A stretch of 64,000 nt of DNA from Thermoplasmata archaeon (GCA_021798195.1 JAJZYH010000009.1:56-64055); one strand, 5' to 3'; counted from the stretch's first letter, positions 45,516 to 56,583 are shown. Notes: a model not told the origin generated them from the sequence alone. Translations and numbers: made by a program.

Positions 45516-47264
45516 TTATCCCCGCGGGGTGGGCGCCCCGGGCGACTCCCCCGGGGCCCGGGACGCCACGGCCACCTCCTCCCGCAGGCGCATCCGTCGC
45601 CGCGTCCGGTGATAGGTGACCGCGAACCGGTGGGCCTCGTCCCGGACGCGGCGGAGGAGGAGCACCGCCGGGGAGTTCTTGTGGGCGGGGACCGGCTCCG
45701 GACGTCCGGGAAGGAACAGCTCCTCCTCCCGCTTCGCGAGCCCCACGAGGGGAAGGTCCTCCGCCCCGAGGGCATGGAGGGCCTCCCGCGCGTGGGAGAC
45801 CTGACCCTTCCCGCCGTCGATGAGGAGGAGGTCGGGGAGCGGTTCCTCCTCGGCGAGGAGACGGTGGATCCGGCGCGAGACCACCTCGCGGATCATGGCG
45901 AAGTCGTCGGTCCCCTCCACGGTCCGGATCCGGTACCGCCGGTATTCGGACGGGGAGGGCTCCCCGTTGCGGAAGACCACCGAGGACCCCACGGCCTCCG
46001 CGCCCTGGAAGAGGGAGATGTCCACGCCCTCGATGTGGCGGGGAAGGCGGGGAAGCCTGAGGAGGGTCATGAGGCTCCGGAGCGCCGAGCCATGCGCCTC
46101 TTCGGGAACGGAGTACTGACGGGCTCCGGCGAGCTTTTGGGCCAGGCGGGCGACGCCCGGGGACCGGGTAGGACGTCCCACGTGGAGGCGAATCCCCCGC
46201 TGCTCCTGGAGGAACCGTGCCACTTCCCTTTGCCCCAGAGGGGGCACGGGGACCCAGAGGTCCCTCGGGGGGTCCGGGTGCGCGGGATAGTATTGCAGGA
46301 GGAAGCTCCGGAGGGCTCTTCCCCGGCTCGCGGCGCCCTCCGGAGGGAGGGTGAGCCGGTGCGGTTCGGCGCCCACCACGTTCCCCGCCCGGACCCGGAT
46401 GAGCCCGACGGTCGCCGAGGCGGGGCGGGGTCCCGGGGGCCAGGCGAGATCGAGGACGTCGGTCCGTGCCCCGGGGGTGTCCACGACGCTCTGGCGTTCC
46501 CGCAGGCTCTCCAGGGCGAGGAGCGCGTCGCGGAGGACGGCCGCCCTCTCGAAGTCCTGGTGGAGCGCCGCCGTGCGCATCTCCTCCCGGAGCTGGGGGA
46601 GGACGTCGGCGGCGCGCCCCCGCAGGACCTGGAGCGCCCCGTCCACGCGCTCCCGATACGCGGCGGGGTCCACGGCCCCGATACAGGGCGCGGAGCAGGT
46701 CCCCAGGTGGTAATAGAGGCAGGCGCGGGCGGGGAGTCTCGTGCACCGGCGCAGTTGGAACGCCTCGGAGAGCACGGTGGCGAGGCGGCGCGCCTCCCGG
46801 GCACTGGTGTACGGCCCGAAGATGGCCCATCCCTCTCTCCGGGATGGACGGCGGACGAAGAGGATCCGGGGAACGGGGTCCCCCAGGGTCATGGCCAGGT
46901 AGGGGAAGCTCTTGTCGTCCTTGAGCAGGACGTTGTACCGGGGCTGGTGCTGCCGGACCAGGGTGGCCTCCAGGAGGAGCGCCTCCCGCTCCGTCTGCGT
47001 GGGGATGAATTCCACGGCCCCCAGCCTTCGCTGGATGAAGCGGTCCTTCTCGTCCCGGAGGCGCAGGTGATCCTGGATCCGCCGGTGGAGGTTCCGGGAC
47101 TTCCCCACGTAGATCACCTCCCCCCGGGGGTCCTTGAAGAGATAGACTCCCGGCCCCCGGGGATGCTCGGTGGAGTCTCGCGGAGGATCGGGGGCCGGCG
47201 AACCAGCCGCGGGGGGGCTCTCGGGAGGGTGGGGAGCCCGGGGAACGGGGAGCCTCGCCGCCAT
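45516..47264 (-). CDS. uvrC: Excinuclease ABC subunit C (UvrC)
   Basis: GIY-YIG (PGVYLFKDPRGEVIYVGKSRNL), UvrBC-interaction and endonuclease V-like domains, C-terminal HhH. Start moved to ATG 47264, downstream of the uvrA stop. Confidence 0.85.
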   Translation of the reverse strand: MAARLPVPRAPHPPESPPAAGSPAPDPPRDSTEHPRGPGVYLFKDPRGEVIYVGKSRNLHRRIQDHLRLRDEKDRFIQRRLGAVEFIPTQTEREALLLEATLVRQHQPRYNVLLKDDKSFPYLAMTLGDPVPRILFVRRPSRREGWAIFGPYTSAREARRLATVLSEAFQLRRCTRLPARACLYYHLGTCSAPCIGAVDPAAYRERVDGALQVLRGRAADVLPQLREEMRTAALHQDFERAAVLRDALLALESLRERQSVVDTPGARTDVLDLAWPPGPRPASATVGLIRVRAGNVVGAEPHRLTLPPEGAASRGRALRSFLLQYYPAHPDPPRDLWVPVPPLGQREVARFLQEQRGIRLHVGRPTRSPGVARLAQKLAGARQYSVPEEAHGSALRSLMTLLRLPRLPRHIEGVDISLFQGAEAVGSSVVFRNGEPSPSEYRRYRIRTVEGTDDFAMIREVVSRRIHRLLAEEEPLPDLLLIDGGKGQVSHAREALHALGAEDLPLVGLAKREEELFLPGRPEPVPAHKNSPAVLLLRRVRDEAHRFAVTYHRTRRRMRLREEVAVASRAPGESPGAPTPRG

Positions 47265-47275
47265 GGCCCGATCAC

Positions 47276-50125
47276 CTAGGATTCCGGGATCGTGGGGGCC
47301 GCGGGAGCCTCCGGGTTCATCGCGGGCTCCCGGCTGCGTGCGAGGAGGGGGCGCAGGAACTGGCCGGTGTAGGAACGGCGGTTCCGGGCCACCTCCTCGG
47401 GGGTTCCCTCGGCCACCACCTCGCCGCCCCGGTCGCCCCCTTCGGGTCCCAGGTCGATGAGCCAATCGGCGCACTTCAGGACGTCCAGGTTGTGCTCGAT
47501 GACCACCACGGTGTTCCCCCCGGAGCGCAACCGGTAGAGGACCTCCAGGAGGCGGCGCACATCCTCGAAATGGAGGCCCGTGGTGGGCTCATCCAGGAGG
47601 TAGAGGGTGCGGCCCGTGGGAACCTTCGCGAGCTCGTAGGCGATCTTGATCCGCTGCGCCTCCCCTCCCGAGAGCGTCGTGGAGCTCTGGCCCAGCTTCA
47701 CGTAGCCCAGGCCCACGTCGGAGAGCAGGGCGAGGCGGCTCTCGATGCGCCGGTGCGACGCGAAGAACGCCCGGGCCTCGTCGACGGTCATGTCCAGCAC
47801 GTCGGCGATGCTCTTGTCCTTGAACTTCACCGCGAGGGTTTCCCGGTTGAACCGGCGTCCCTTGCAGGTCTCGCACGCGACGTAGACGTCGGGCAGGAAG
47901 TGCATCTCGTACCGGAGGATCCCCTCCCCCTCGCACTCCTCGCATCTCCCTCCCCGGACGTTGAAGGAGAACCGTCCGGGGCCGAACCCCCGGGCGCGCG
48001 CCTCGGGGAGCTGGCTGTAGAGTTCCCGGATGGGGGTGAAGAGACCCGTATAGGTGGCCGGGTTGGACCGTGGGGTCCGCCCGATGGGGGACTGGTCGAT
48101 GAGGAGCACCCGGTCCAGTTCGTCCACGCCCTTCAGGAACTCGTGCTTTCCCGGAACCGCCGTCCCCGTCCGGAAATGCCGGCGGAGCGCCTTGTAGAGG
48201 ATCTCCTCCACGAGGGTGCTCTTGCCGCTCCCCGAGACGCCGCTCACGCACGTGAGGGTCCCCAGGGGGATGCGCACGGTGATGCCCTTCAGGTTGTTCT
48301 CCGCGGCCCCGTGAACCTCGAGCCAGGATCCCCGTCCCCGCTCCCGGCGGGGAGAGATGGGGATGGCCCGCCGACCGGTGAGGTAATCGGCCGTGAGGGA
48401 GCGGGGGGCCCCGCCGATCCTTCCCGCCGGGCCGTTATAGAGCACCTCGCCCCCGTGGATCCCCGCTCCCGGCCCCAGGTCCACGATCCAGTCCGCGGCC
48501 CTCATGGTGGCCTCGTCGTGCTCCACCACGAGGACGGTGTTCCCCAGGTCCCGGAGCGTCTTCAGGGTCCGGAGCAACCGGTCGTGGTCCCGGGGGTGCA
48601 GCCCGATGGAAGGCTCGTCCAGGATGTAGAGGACCCCCACGAGCCCGCTCCCGATCTGCGTGGCCAGGGCGATCCGTTCCGCCTCCCCCCCCGACAGGGT
48701 GGCGCTGGAGCGGTCCAGGGAGAGGTAGGAGAGTCCCACGCTCTCGAGGAATCCCAGGCGGGCCAGGATCTCCTTCACCACCTCCCCCACGATCTCCCGT
48801 TCCCGGTCGGTGAGCGAGAGGCCCCGGAAGAACGCGAGCGCCTCCTCGATGGTCATGGCGCTCACGTCGGCGATGGAGCGGTCCCGGACGGTGACCGCGA
48901 GGATCTCCGGCTTGAGGCGCCGGCCCTGGCACTCCCGGCAGGGGGTGAACGTGAGGAATCCCATGTAGTAGTCCTTCATCCCGGGGCTCTGGGTCTCCCG
49001 GAACCTGCGTTCCACGAGGGGGAGGAGCCCCTCCTGGAACCATGCGTCCTGCCAGTGCCGTTCCGCCGCACCGGGGGAGGTCCCGTAGAGGAGCGCCTGG
49101 AGGGCCTTCTCCGGGATCTCCGACACCGGTGCGGCGGGGTCGAAGCGGAACATGCGGGCGAACCGGCGCACCGAATCCGCCGACGGGAAGATCCCTCCCA
49201 CCGCGATGGCCCCCTTGCCCAGGGGACGGTCCCGGTGGGGGAGGACGAGGTCCGGGTCGGCATGGAGGGTCGCTCCGATGCCGGAGCAGGCCTTGCAGGC
49301 CCCGAACGGGTTGTTGAAGGAGAACATCCGGGGCTGGAGCTCCTCCAGGGAGAAGCCGCACGCGGGGCAGGCCCGCGCCGAGGAAAAGAGGGTCCGCTTC
49401 CCTTCTTGGGTCCGGACCACCACGAGGCCCTGGGAAAGGCGCTCGCAGAGTTCCACGCCCTCGGCGAGGCGGCTATGGTTCTCCTCCCGGACCACCAGGG
49501 AGTCCACCACCACCTCCAGCGTGTGCTTCTTGTTCTTCTCCAGATGGACCGAGGACCCGGGGAGCCGGACCTCCACCCCATCCACCAGCAGGCGCCGGAA
49601 CCCCTTGCGGGAAAGCTCGTCGAGCACCTCCCGGTGCTCGCCCTTCTTCGCCCGGACCACGGGGGCGATCAGCTGGATGGTCTCGCCGGACAGGGAGCCC
49701 CGGATGGTGGAGAGGATCCGGTCGATCCCCTGCGCGGAGATCTCGAGGCCATGGGTGGGACAATGCGGGACGCCGATCCGGGCGAAGAGCAGGCGCAGGT
49801 AGTCATGGATCTCCGTGGTGGTCCCCACGGTGGATCGGGGGTTGCGGCTTCCCGCCCTCTGCTGGATGGCGATGGCCGGGGAGAGCCCCTCGATGGAATC
49901 CACCTCGGGCTTGTCCATCTGGCCCAGGAACTGCCGCGCGTACGACGAGAGGCTCTCGATGTAGCGCCGCTGCCCCTCGGCGTACAGGGTGTCGAAGGCG
50001 AGGGAGCTCTTCCCCGACCCGCTCACCCCCGTCACCACCACGAAGAGGTTGCGGGGGATCTCCAGGGTCACGTTCTTCAGGTTGTGCTGCCGGGCCCCCC
50101 GGATCCGGATGACGGAATCGGACAT
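47276..50125 (-). CDS. uvrA: Excinuclease ABC subunit A (UvrA)
   Basis: Tandem ABC ATPase modules with zinc fingers. [18 protein letters not shown] start. Confidence 0.9.
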   Translation of the reverse strand: MSDSVIRIRGARQHNLKNVTLEIPRNLFVVVTGVSGSGKSSLAFDTLYAEGQRRYIESLSSYARQFLGQMDKPEVDSIEGLSPAIAIQQRAGSRNPRSTVGTTTEIHDYLRLLFARIGVPHCPTHGLEISAQGIDRILSTIRGSLSGETIQLIAPVVRAKKGEHREVLDELSRKGFRRLLVDGVEVRLPGSSVHLEKNKKHTLEVVVDSLVVREENHSRLAEGVELCERLSQGLVVVRTQEGKRTLFSSARACPACGFSLEELQPRMFSFNNPFGACKACSGIGATLHADPDLVLPHRDRPLGKGAIAVGGIFPSADSVRRFARMFRFDPAAPVSEIPEKALQALLYGTSPGAAERHWQDAWFQEGLLPLVERRFRETQSPGMKDYYMGFLTFTPCRECQGRRLKPEILAVTVRDRSIADVSAMTIEEALAFFRGLSLTDREREIVGEVVKEILARLGFLESVGLSYLSLDRSSATLSGGEAERIALATQIGSGLVGVLYILDEPSIGLHPRDHDRLLRTLKTLRDLGNTVLVVEHDEATMRAADWIVDLGPGAGIHGGEVLYNGPAGRIGGAPRSLTADYLTGRRAIPISPRRERGRGSWLEVHGAAENNLKGITVRIPLGTLTCVSGVSGSGKSTLVEEILYKALRRHFRTGTAVPGKHEFLKGVDELDRVLLIDQSPIGRTPRSNPATYTGLFTPIRELYSQLPEARARGFGPGRFSFNVRGGRCEECEGEGILRYEMHFLPDVYVACETCKGRRFNRETLAVKFKDKSIADVLDMTVDEARAFFASHRRIESRLALLSDVGLGYVKLGQSSTTLSGGEAQRIKIAYELAKVPTGRTLYLLDEPTTGLHFEDVRRLLEVLYRLRSGGNTVVVIEHNLDVLKCADWLIDLGPEGGDRGGEVVAEGTPEEVARNRRSYTGQFLRPLLARSREPAMNPEAPAAPTIPES

Positions 50126-50149
50126 GGAGACTGTGGCCCACCCTCCGGT

Positions 50150-50893
50150 TCACGGGGACGGCAGCGCCGCCCGGATGTGCTCCACGAGGCGGTCCAGGAC
50201 GTAGGCCTGGATGCGCCGACCCACCTCCGGGGTGGCATTCGCCGGATCGCCCATGACGCTCTCGGGCCAGGCGTCGCGCGGGAATGGGTGCACCAGGAAG
50301 CGGGGGACCCGGTACTCCCCGGCGGGCCGGGAACTCCCCACGAGCTCCGGCGCGAGGGCGAGGACCCGCGAGGTTTCCAGGAAACCCGCGTGCCCGTCGC
50401 TCTCCGGTGCCTCGGTCCCCCGGAGCTCGTAGACGAGCTCGTAGTCGCACAGGACCGCCACGCGCAGATCGGGGAAGGTCTGGCCGGCCCGGAAGGCGGC
50501 CTCGCGGAGCGCGGCCATGTGCGTGGACGCCCCATGTCCCGAGAGCACGAGGATCCGACGGAAGCCCGAGCGATGGAACTCCCCCAGGAGATCCTCCACC
50601 ATCCGGGCCAGTGTCTCCATGGGGAGGGACACGGTCCCCGGGAACTCCCGGGTCTGGGGGCAGACCCCGTAGGGGAGACCGGGGGCCACGAGGGCCCCCA
50701 GCCGCTCCGCGAGCGCATGGGCGGTCTCCTCCGCCTGGATCAGGTCGCTCCCCAGGGGAAGGTGGGGGCCATGGGCCTCCAACGCCCCCACCGGAAGGAT
50801 GAGGAGGGGGCGCCCTCGCGCCCGCTCTTCCAGGGAACGGGAGTCCATGAGGTGAATCCGGTGCGGATCGGCGGGCACGGGGACCTGAGGCAC
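50150..50893 (-). CDS. Creatininase-family amidohydrolase (archaeal ArfB/MptA-like)
   Basis: LLILPVGALEAHGPHLPLGSD...GHGAS creatininase-fold motifs. Confidence 0.65.
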   Translation of the reverse strand: MPQVPVPADPHRIHLMDSRSLEERARGRPLLILPVGALEAHGPHLPLGSDLIQAEETAHALAERLGALVAPGLPYGVCPQTREFPGTVSLPMETLARMVEDLLGEFHRSGFRRILVLSGHGASTHMAALREAAFRAGQTFPDLRVAVLCDYELVYELRGTEAPESDGHAGFLETSRVLALAPELVGSSRPAGEYRVPRFLVHPFPRDAWPESVMGDPANATPEVGRRIQAYVLDRLVEHIRAALPSP

Positions 50894-50944
50894 GACTCTC
50901 TATTTCACGATTCACGACGGCCCGCCGGGGCGGGCCGGCCCGAT

Positions 50945-51319
50945 TCACGGGGAAGGAGCCCCGGGGCGGGGAGGGAAACGGCCCCGGAAGGTCCGGAGCT
51001 CCGCGCCGAAGGGCCCCAGTTCTTCCTGGAGGACCGGGGCGCCCGACAGGTCCGGGGTGGCGAGGCGCTCCCGGATGGATCGAAGACGGCTCGCGAGCTC
51101 CCGCTCCTCCTCGGGAGTGGGGGAACGATCGAGCTCGGCCAGGCGGTGCAGGGATCGTCTCAGGGACCGGAGCTCCATGGCACAGTCCAGGGCCTCGAGC
51201 TCCCTCTGGATGGTCCGGAGCTGCGACCTCTGGTCCGGAGGGGCCGTGCGGGCGGCTTCCTGGAGGGACGGCATGTTCCGCTCCAGGAACTTCCGGAGCG
51301 AATCGTGGGCCTCGGTCAC
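50945..51319 (-). CDS. Hypothetical helical protein
   Basis: Helical-looking composition. The AGATAAA island at 51344-51350 sits about 26 nt upstream of ATG 51319. Confidence 0.35.
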   Translation of the reverse strand: MTEAHDSLRKFLERNMPSLQEAARTAPPDQRSQLRTIQRELEALDCAMELRSLRRSLHRLAELDRSPTPEEERELASRLRSIRERLATPDLSGAPVLQEELGPFGAELRTFRGRFPPRPGAPSP

Positions 51320-51359
51320 AGGCGGGAAACCTCACGACGCCCAGATAAACATTGCTGTG

Positions 51360-53885
51360 TTAAACATCGGGAGGTGTCTCCACCTCGCGGGCGGGGGTCC
51401 GGGCCCCCGGGGGCGTCCTCCTTCCCCGACCTCGGGGGGCGGGCTTCCCGGTCGTCGCGGCCCGTCTCCGGGGGGCGGGAGCGGGGGCGGCCGTCTCGCC
51501 CGGTGGCGGAGACGCTGGAGGAACGGACGAGCGGCGGGGGGCGCGGGGCCTGGGGGTGCTGGAGGCGGTGGTGGCGGGGGCCTTCTTGGGCCCTCCGGTG
51601 GCCCGGGTGGGGCACTCGGGGTTGATGCAGAGGGTCCAGGGAGGCCGTCCCTTCTCCAGGATGGTCACCACCGGGGCGCGGCAGACGTCGCAGGGGGCAT
51701 GCCCGCGCTCGATCCCCCCCCGCTGGGGAAGGGGGTAGGTCACGCGGCATTTGGGATACGCGGTACAGCCCACGAAACGGTTCCCCTTCATGGAGTAGCG
51801 GAGGTGCAGGGGGGATCCACAGGACGGGCAGGGGCCCATCTGGTAGGCCTTCTGGTGCTCCTCGCAGAGGGGGTTGATGCAGAAGACCCCGGGGCGCTGT
51901 CCCCGGTAGGTGATCCGGACCTTGGGGACCTTGCAGAGGGCGCAGAGCTCTCCGGTGGGCTCGATGAACCCGGCCGAGGGGAGCGAGAAGCTCACGGTGC
52001 AGCTCCGGGGATTGTTGGCGCACTGGACCCAGCGGAACCCCCGGGGGGAGCGCATCATCCGGAGGGCGCCGCCGCAGGAGGGGCAGGGCCCCACGAAGTG
52101 CTGCCGGTCGAGGGCCCCCTGCAACGTGTCCCGGACCCCCTCGGAGTTCTTCTGGAGGACCTCGTAGACCTCCCGGAGCATGTCCCGGGACTCCTCGATG
52201 ATCTCGGTGAGGCGGCGCTGTCCCTGGGCGATGGCATCCATGTCCGCCTCGAGCCGGCTCGTCATCTCGGGCTTCGTCACCAGCCCGGCGTTGGCCTGCA
52301 GCGCCTCGATGACCGCGATCCCGCTCGTGGTGGGCTCGAGGCCCCGCTGCGTGGCGTAGTGCCGGTCGAAGAGCTTCTGGATGATCTCGTGCCGCGTGGA
52401 CTTGGTGCCCAGTCCCAGGCGCTCCATCTCCTGGAGGAGCGAGCCCTGGGTGTACCGACGGGGCGGCTGGGTCCTGTCCTCCTCGAGCCGGATCTCCCGG
52501 ACCGGGATGGACTCCCCGGGCGTGAGGGCGGGGAGGTCGCTCTGGCGCGCCTCGGAGTAGGGGTAGACCGAGTACCAACCGGGATCGGTGAGACGGAACC
52601 CTTGGGCCGCGAATGGCTCCCCCCGGATGTCCAGGGTGACCTTCCGGGTGGTTCCCACGGCGTCGGGAGCCACGGTGGCCAGGAAGCGGCGCACCACGAG
52701 CTCGTAGATGGTGCGACGGTCGGCCCGCAGCTTCCGCGGATCGACGTTCCCGGTGGGATAGATGGGGGGGTGGTCCGTGGTCTCCGTCCGCCCCCGTGTG
52801 GCCCGGATCTTCTCCTGGGAGAGGCAGTAGGCAGCCTCCTTGGCGAAGGCTCCTCCCTGGAGCATCTCCAGGACCGTGGCCACCCGGAGGCTCGGCGGGT
52901 AGACCGTGTTGTCCGTCCGGGGGTAGCTGATGAGACCCTGGGTATAGAGATCCTCGGCGATCCGCATCACCTGGGAGGCGCCGAAGCCCAGCTTCGTGGC
53001 CTCCGAGACGAAGAGGGTCGTGTTGAACGGGACGGGGGGACGCACGCGCGTCTCCTCCTCCTGGAACTCCCGGACGGCGCCCTCCGTGGCCCCCACGAGC
53101 TTCTGGTGGATCGCCTCCACCTCCTTGCGGTCGAACCAGCTCCCGTGGAGGTGCCGGGCGCGGAACGTCGTCCCACCCTTCTCCAGGGTGGCGTAGAGGT
53201 CCCAGAACGGCTGGGGGACGAAGGATCGGATCTCCCGGTCCCGTTCCACCAGGAGACCCAGGGTGGGCGTCTGGACGCGGCCCACGGAGAGGAACCCGCC
53301 GGAATCGCGACGGGCCCGGGACCCGTCGCGGGAGGCGAGGGTGAGGTAGCGGGTGAGGAGGGCCCCCCACATGAGGTCCACGCTCTGGCGGGCGAGCCCG
53401 GCGTTGGCGAGATTTGTGTCCAGTTCCTTGAGGTTCGCGAACGAACGGGAGATCTCGCTCCGGGTGAGCGCGCTGTACTGCGCCCGCTGGACCGTGAGCC
53501 GAGGGTTCACCTCGTGCAGGATCCCCAGGCACTCCGCGGCGATGACCTCCCCTTCCCGGTCCCAATCGGTGGCCAGGATCACGCGGTCGAAGTCCGGGGC
53601 GAGGGCACGAAGGGCCGCCACGATGGCGGGTTCGGTCACCACCCGGCGCGGCTCGGCCTCGATGAGCTTGGGCAGGGTCGATAGGTCCCACGCCTTGAGG
53701 TCGTCGGAGTAGTCCAGCTCCACGATGTGGCCGCGCAAGCCCACCACCGTGAAATCCCCCTCGGGGGTGGAGAAGCGGAAGAGCGCCACCGGCCCGTGCC
53801 GGGCGCGCGTCATCTTTCCGTCGGAGAGGACCACCGCGATGCGGAGGGCGGTGTTGAACTTCTCGGTGACCACCAGGGTGCGCAT
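51360..53885 (-). CDS. topA: DNA topoisomerase I (type IA, bacterial TopA-like) with C-terminal zinc ribbons and a basic tail
   Basis: Toprim N-terminus (MRTLVVTEK...), topo IA body, several C4 zinc ribbons (CPSCGG..., CALCK..., CPSCGSPL...), then a Lys/Arg/Pro-rich C-terminus. Confidence 0.9.
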   Translation of the reverse strand: MRTLVVTEKFNTALRIAVVLSDGKMTRARHGPVALFRFSTPEGDFTVVGLRGHIVELDYSDDLKAWDLSTLPKLIEAEPRRVVTEPAIVAALRALAPDFDRVILATDWDREGEVIAAECLGILHEVNPRLTVQRAQYSALTRSEISRSFANLKELDTNLANAGLARQSVDLMWGALLTRYLTLASRDGSRARRDSGGFLSVGRVQTPTLGLLVERDREIRSFVPQPFWDLYATLEKGGTTFRARHLHGSWFDRKEVEAIHQKLVGATEGAVREFQEEETRVRPPVPFNTTLFVSEATKLGFGASQVMRIAEDLYTQGLISYPRTDNTVYPPSLRVATVLEMLQGGAFAKEAAYCLSQEKIRATRGRTETTDHPPIYPTGNVDPRKLRADRRTIYELVVRRFLATVAPDAVGTTRKVTLDIRGEPFAAQGFRLTDPGWYSVYPYSEARQSDLPALTPGESIPVREIRLEEDRTQPPRRYTQGSLLQEMERLGLGTKSTRHEIIQKLFDRHYATQRGLEPTTSGIAVIEALQANAGLVTKPEMTSRLEADMDAIAQGQRRLTEIIEESRDMLREVYEVLQKNSEGVRDTLQGALDRQHFVGPCPSCGGALRMMRSPRGFRWVQCANNPRSCTVSFSLPSAGFIEPTGELCALCKVPKVRITYRGQRPGVFCINPLCEEHQKAYQMGPCPSCGSPLHLRYSMKGNRFVGCTAYPKCRVTYPLPQRGGIERGHAPCDVCRAPVVTILEKGRPPWTLCINPECPTRATGGPKKAPATTASSTPRPRAPRRSSVPPASPPPGETAAPAPAPRRRAATTGKPAPRGRGRRTPPGARTPAREVETPPDV

Positions 53886-54065
53886 GGGAAGGCCCCGAGG
53901 CCGGGTCCCCTATTAGAGGGTGGCCGAAGGGGAGGCGTGGGCCGAAGGCACCTCCCGTCCTCTACGCGCGCGCTGGCGCGTTCGGAAGAGGGGAAGTCCC
54001 CCCGGGGCTCCGAACCCCGCTCGCCCGGAGGTTCGGGCTTCCCAAGAAGCCGTCCGGCCCTGGGC

Positions 54066-55478
54066 TCAGCCGTCCGCCGGGTCCTCCTCGGCCTCGGGGG
54101 GAAGCCACAGCGAAAGGGGAGGTGGGCGGTTCTCCGTCTCCGGAGCCCTGCGGGTGGCCCCGATGTCCGAGACGTACCGCCGCGCGCCGATGGGGGAGAT
54201 GAAGGTGGTGACCAGGCCCACACCAGCCACGATGGTGAAGAGCTCCGTGTTGAAGATGCCGTCCTGGAGCAGGATCACGGCCATGGCGAGTTCCACTGCC
54301 CCCCGGCTGGTCAGGAGGTAGCCGGCGCAGAGGGATTCCGGTCCGGACCAGCCCAGCAGGCGGGCGACGCCTCCGCCGGCAAGCACTTTGGAACCCAGGG
54401 CGTAGAGCGACAGGATCGAGAACGCCACCAGGGCAGCCACGGAGGTGTCCAGCGTGCGGAGGTTCATCCCGAATCCCACGAGGGCGAAGAAGAGCGGGAT
54501 GAAGAACCCCCACGTGATGGCGTCGAAGACCAGGCTGATGTTCCGGTGCTCCCGGGGTCCCGCGCTCTCCGGGGTGACGAGGAGACCCGCGTAGAACGCG
54601 CCCACGAGGAAGGTGAGCCCCAGGTATTGCGAGTAGAGGGCCGCCCCCAGGCCCATCACCATGAGGAGCGCGAAGCCGGCCTCCCGGGAATGCCAGGTGG
54701 CCCGGAAGCGTTCCACGAAGCGGTCCCAGATGCGGACCGTCCGGAGGGAGCGCAGGGTCATGTGGACCGCAAGGACCGAGACCAGGAACAGGCCCACGGT
54801 CACCACGGCCTCGGTCCCCACGATCCATTCCTGCCCCGAGGAAGTGTGGGCCGGCAGGCGCAATAGGATCGCAAAGGCGGTGACGGCCGCGAGCTCGTTG
54901 ATCACCGAGCCGTTGAGGAGGAAGGTCCCGAACCGCGTGGTGGTGAGTCCGAACTCCCGGAGCATCACCCCCAGGACCGGGAGCGCCGTGATGGAAATGG
55001 TGAGGGCGATGAAGAGCGCCGTGTCCAGGGGAAGGTGCGGGTAGAGCAGCCGGACCACCCCGATCCCTCCGAAGAAGGGGCCCAGGAAGACCGCGAGCCC
55101 CAGGAGCGCCGCGGGCAGTCCGGTCTTCCAGATCTGCTCGGGGCTCACGGCCAGGCCCGACATGAGCAGGATGAAGAACGTGGCCAAGAACTGCAGGCCC
55201 GAGAGCTCCGAGGAGAGTTGGGTGAGGCCCAGGTAGGGCGCGAGAAGGGTCGGCCCCAGGATCACCCCCACCAACAGCTGGCCCACCAGGGCCGCCTGGC
55301 CCAGCTGGCTGAAGAGCTCCCCCACCAGGACCGAGGAGGCGATGAGGAGGAAGAGGGCCACGATCAGGAGGGTCGTGGTATCGGTCATCGCCCGGAGGGT
55401 CCGCGGGCCGCCCCCGGGCAGGAAGGACCCCGCATCCCTCCCGGTTCGGAACTGCCTTTCCGCGTCCGGGCGTTCCAT
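54066..55478 (-). CDS. Monovalent cation:proton antiporter (CPA1/CPA2, Kef/NhaP-like)
   Basis: About 12 TM helices with a sodium/hydrogen-exchanger-like N-terminus. Confidence 0.75.
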   Translation of the reverse strand: MERPDAERQFRTGRDAGSFLPGGGPRTLRAMTDTTTLLIVALFLLIASSVLVGELFSQLGQAALVGQLLVGVILGPTLLAPYLGLTQLSSELSGLQFLATFFILLMSGLAVSPEQIWKTGLPAALLGLAVFLGPFFGGIGVVRLLYPHLPLDTALFIALTISITALPVLGVMLREFGLTTTRFGTFLLNGSVINELAAVTAFAILLRLPAHTSSGQEWIVGTEAVVTVGLFLVSVLAVHMTLRSLRTVRIWDRFVERFRATWHSREAGFALLMVMGLGAALYSQYLGLTFLVGAFYAGLLVTPESAGPREHRNISLVFDAITWGFFIPLFFALVGFGMNLRTLDTSVAALVAFSILSLYALGSKVLAGGGVARLLGWSGPESLCAGYLLTSRGAVELAMAVILLQDGIFNTELFTIVAGVGLVTTFISPIGARRYVSDIGATRRAPETENRPPPLSLWLPPEAEEDPADG

Positions 55479-55611
55479 CCGTCTTCCGGCATAACTACCC
55501 TTTGTCCCGGATGCGGCGGGGGAGCTTCCCGGGCCCCCCCGGGCGCCGGGAGAGAGAAGGTGCGGGCACCGCTCTTATGTAGGGCCCAACGTGTGGCGCG
55601 GAAGGGAAGGC

Positions 55612-55684
<73 letters not shown>

Positions 55685-56042
55685 CTTCTCGTCCGCTTCC
55701 TCGGGTCCATGAGATCTCCCATTCCATGGGATGGGATCCGGAACGGGACGTTCCTCCCCGGAGATCCGGCCCCCCCTCCGGCGGATGGTGGCATCGCATC
55801 GGGGCCATCCCCCGTGGTGGGGGGAAGCCAGCGATTGGGTGCTCCGGGTCGCCGCGGATGACCCTGCGTAGATCCCCTCCGTCCGTCATCCGTCGATGGA
55901 AGCCGCTTGTCGACCCCTCGGGCTCGTGAGCGGGTTCGAGGGGGTCGGTCCTTCGGAGAGGTGTGGCCCCAACGGGAGTCCGGGTGAAGGGAGCGCCCCC
56001 GGAGGAGGCGCTCCAGCATCACCCCGGGATCCCTTGCGCCTT

Positions 56043-56582
56043 CTACTTCTTGAGCGAGCCCGGGGCGGGCACGAACCAGAGATCGGTGATGGAGTAGGAG
56101 GGCTCCTGGGCGAAGCGGGCCTCGATGGGCATCCCCACGTAGATGTCCTCTTCCCCGCAATCCTTGAGCCGGGAGAGAAGGAGGCTCTTCGCCCCCTCGA
56201 ACTCCACCAGGACCAGGTTGTACGGCGTCTCCTTCAGGAAGGCCTCGGACCCGTAGTGGCACGTGGTCCAGGCGTGCACCTTGCCCTTGGTGGGCAGGTC
56301 GACCCATTGGGTCGGCTCGCCGCAGAACTGGCAGTGCCCTCGCGGAGTGGCGAAGGTGTACTGGCAGGCGGTGCATCGCGTGCCCCGGATCCGTCCCTCG
56401 GCGAGGCCCAGGAAGAACGGGGAATCCTCCGCGTAGCTGTGGATGTACTGGATCGTGTAGGGGGAACGGATGTAGAGGTTCTCCGAACCCTCCTTGTCCA
56501 CGAACAGGGCCGCCCCGGTCCTCTCGAGTTCCGCCTGGACCTCCGTGAACCGGGAGGTCTTCTTGAGCTCCTTGGCGCACAT
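56043..56582 (-). CDS. DUF35-family protein (zinc ribbon + OB fold), thiolase partner
   Basis: CTACQYTFATPRGHCQFCG ribbon followed by an OB-fold region. Confidence 0.7.
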   Translation of the reverse strand: MCAKELKKTSRFTEVQAELERTGAALFVDKEGSENLYIRSPYTIQYIHSYAEDSPFFLGLAEGRIRGTRCTACQYTFATPRGHCQFCGEPTQWVDLPTKGKVHAWTTCHYGSEAFLKETPYNLVLVEFEGAKSLLLSRLKDCGEEDIYVGMPIEARFAQEPSYSITDLWFVPAPGSLKK

Positions 56583-56583
56583 C

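Noticed and set aside
45091-46830. 579-aa minus-strand ORF overlapping uvrC and the DUF296 gene in another frame
   Set aside because: Pro/Arg/Gly-rich translation with no motifs. The UvrC frame (GIY-YIG, HhH) is the real gene.
47492-51625. 1377-aa plus-strand ORF
   Set aside because: Antisense to uvrA and the creatininase gene. No domains. A high-GC artefact.
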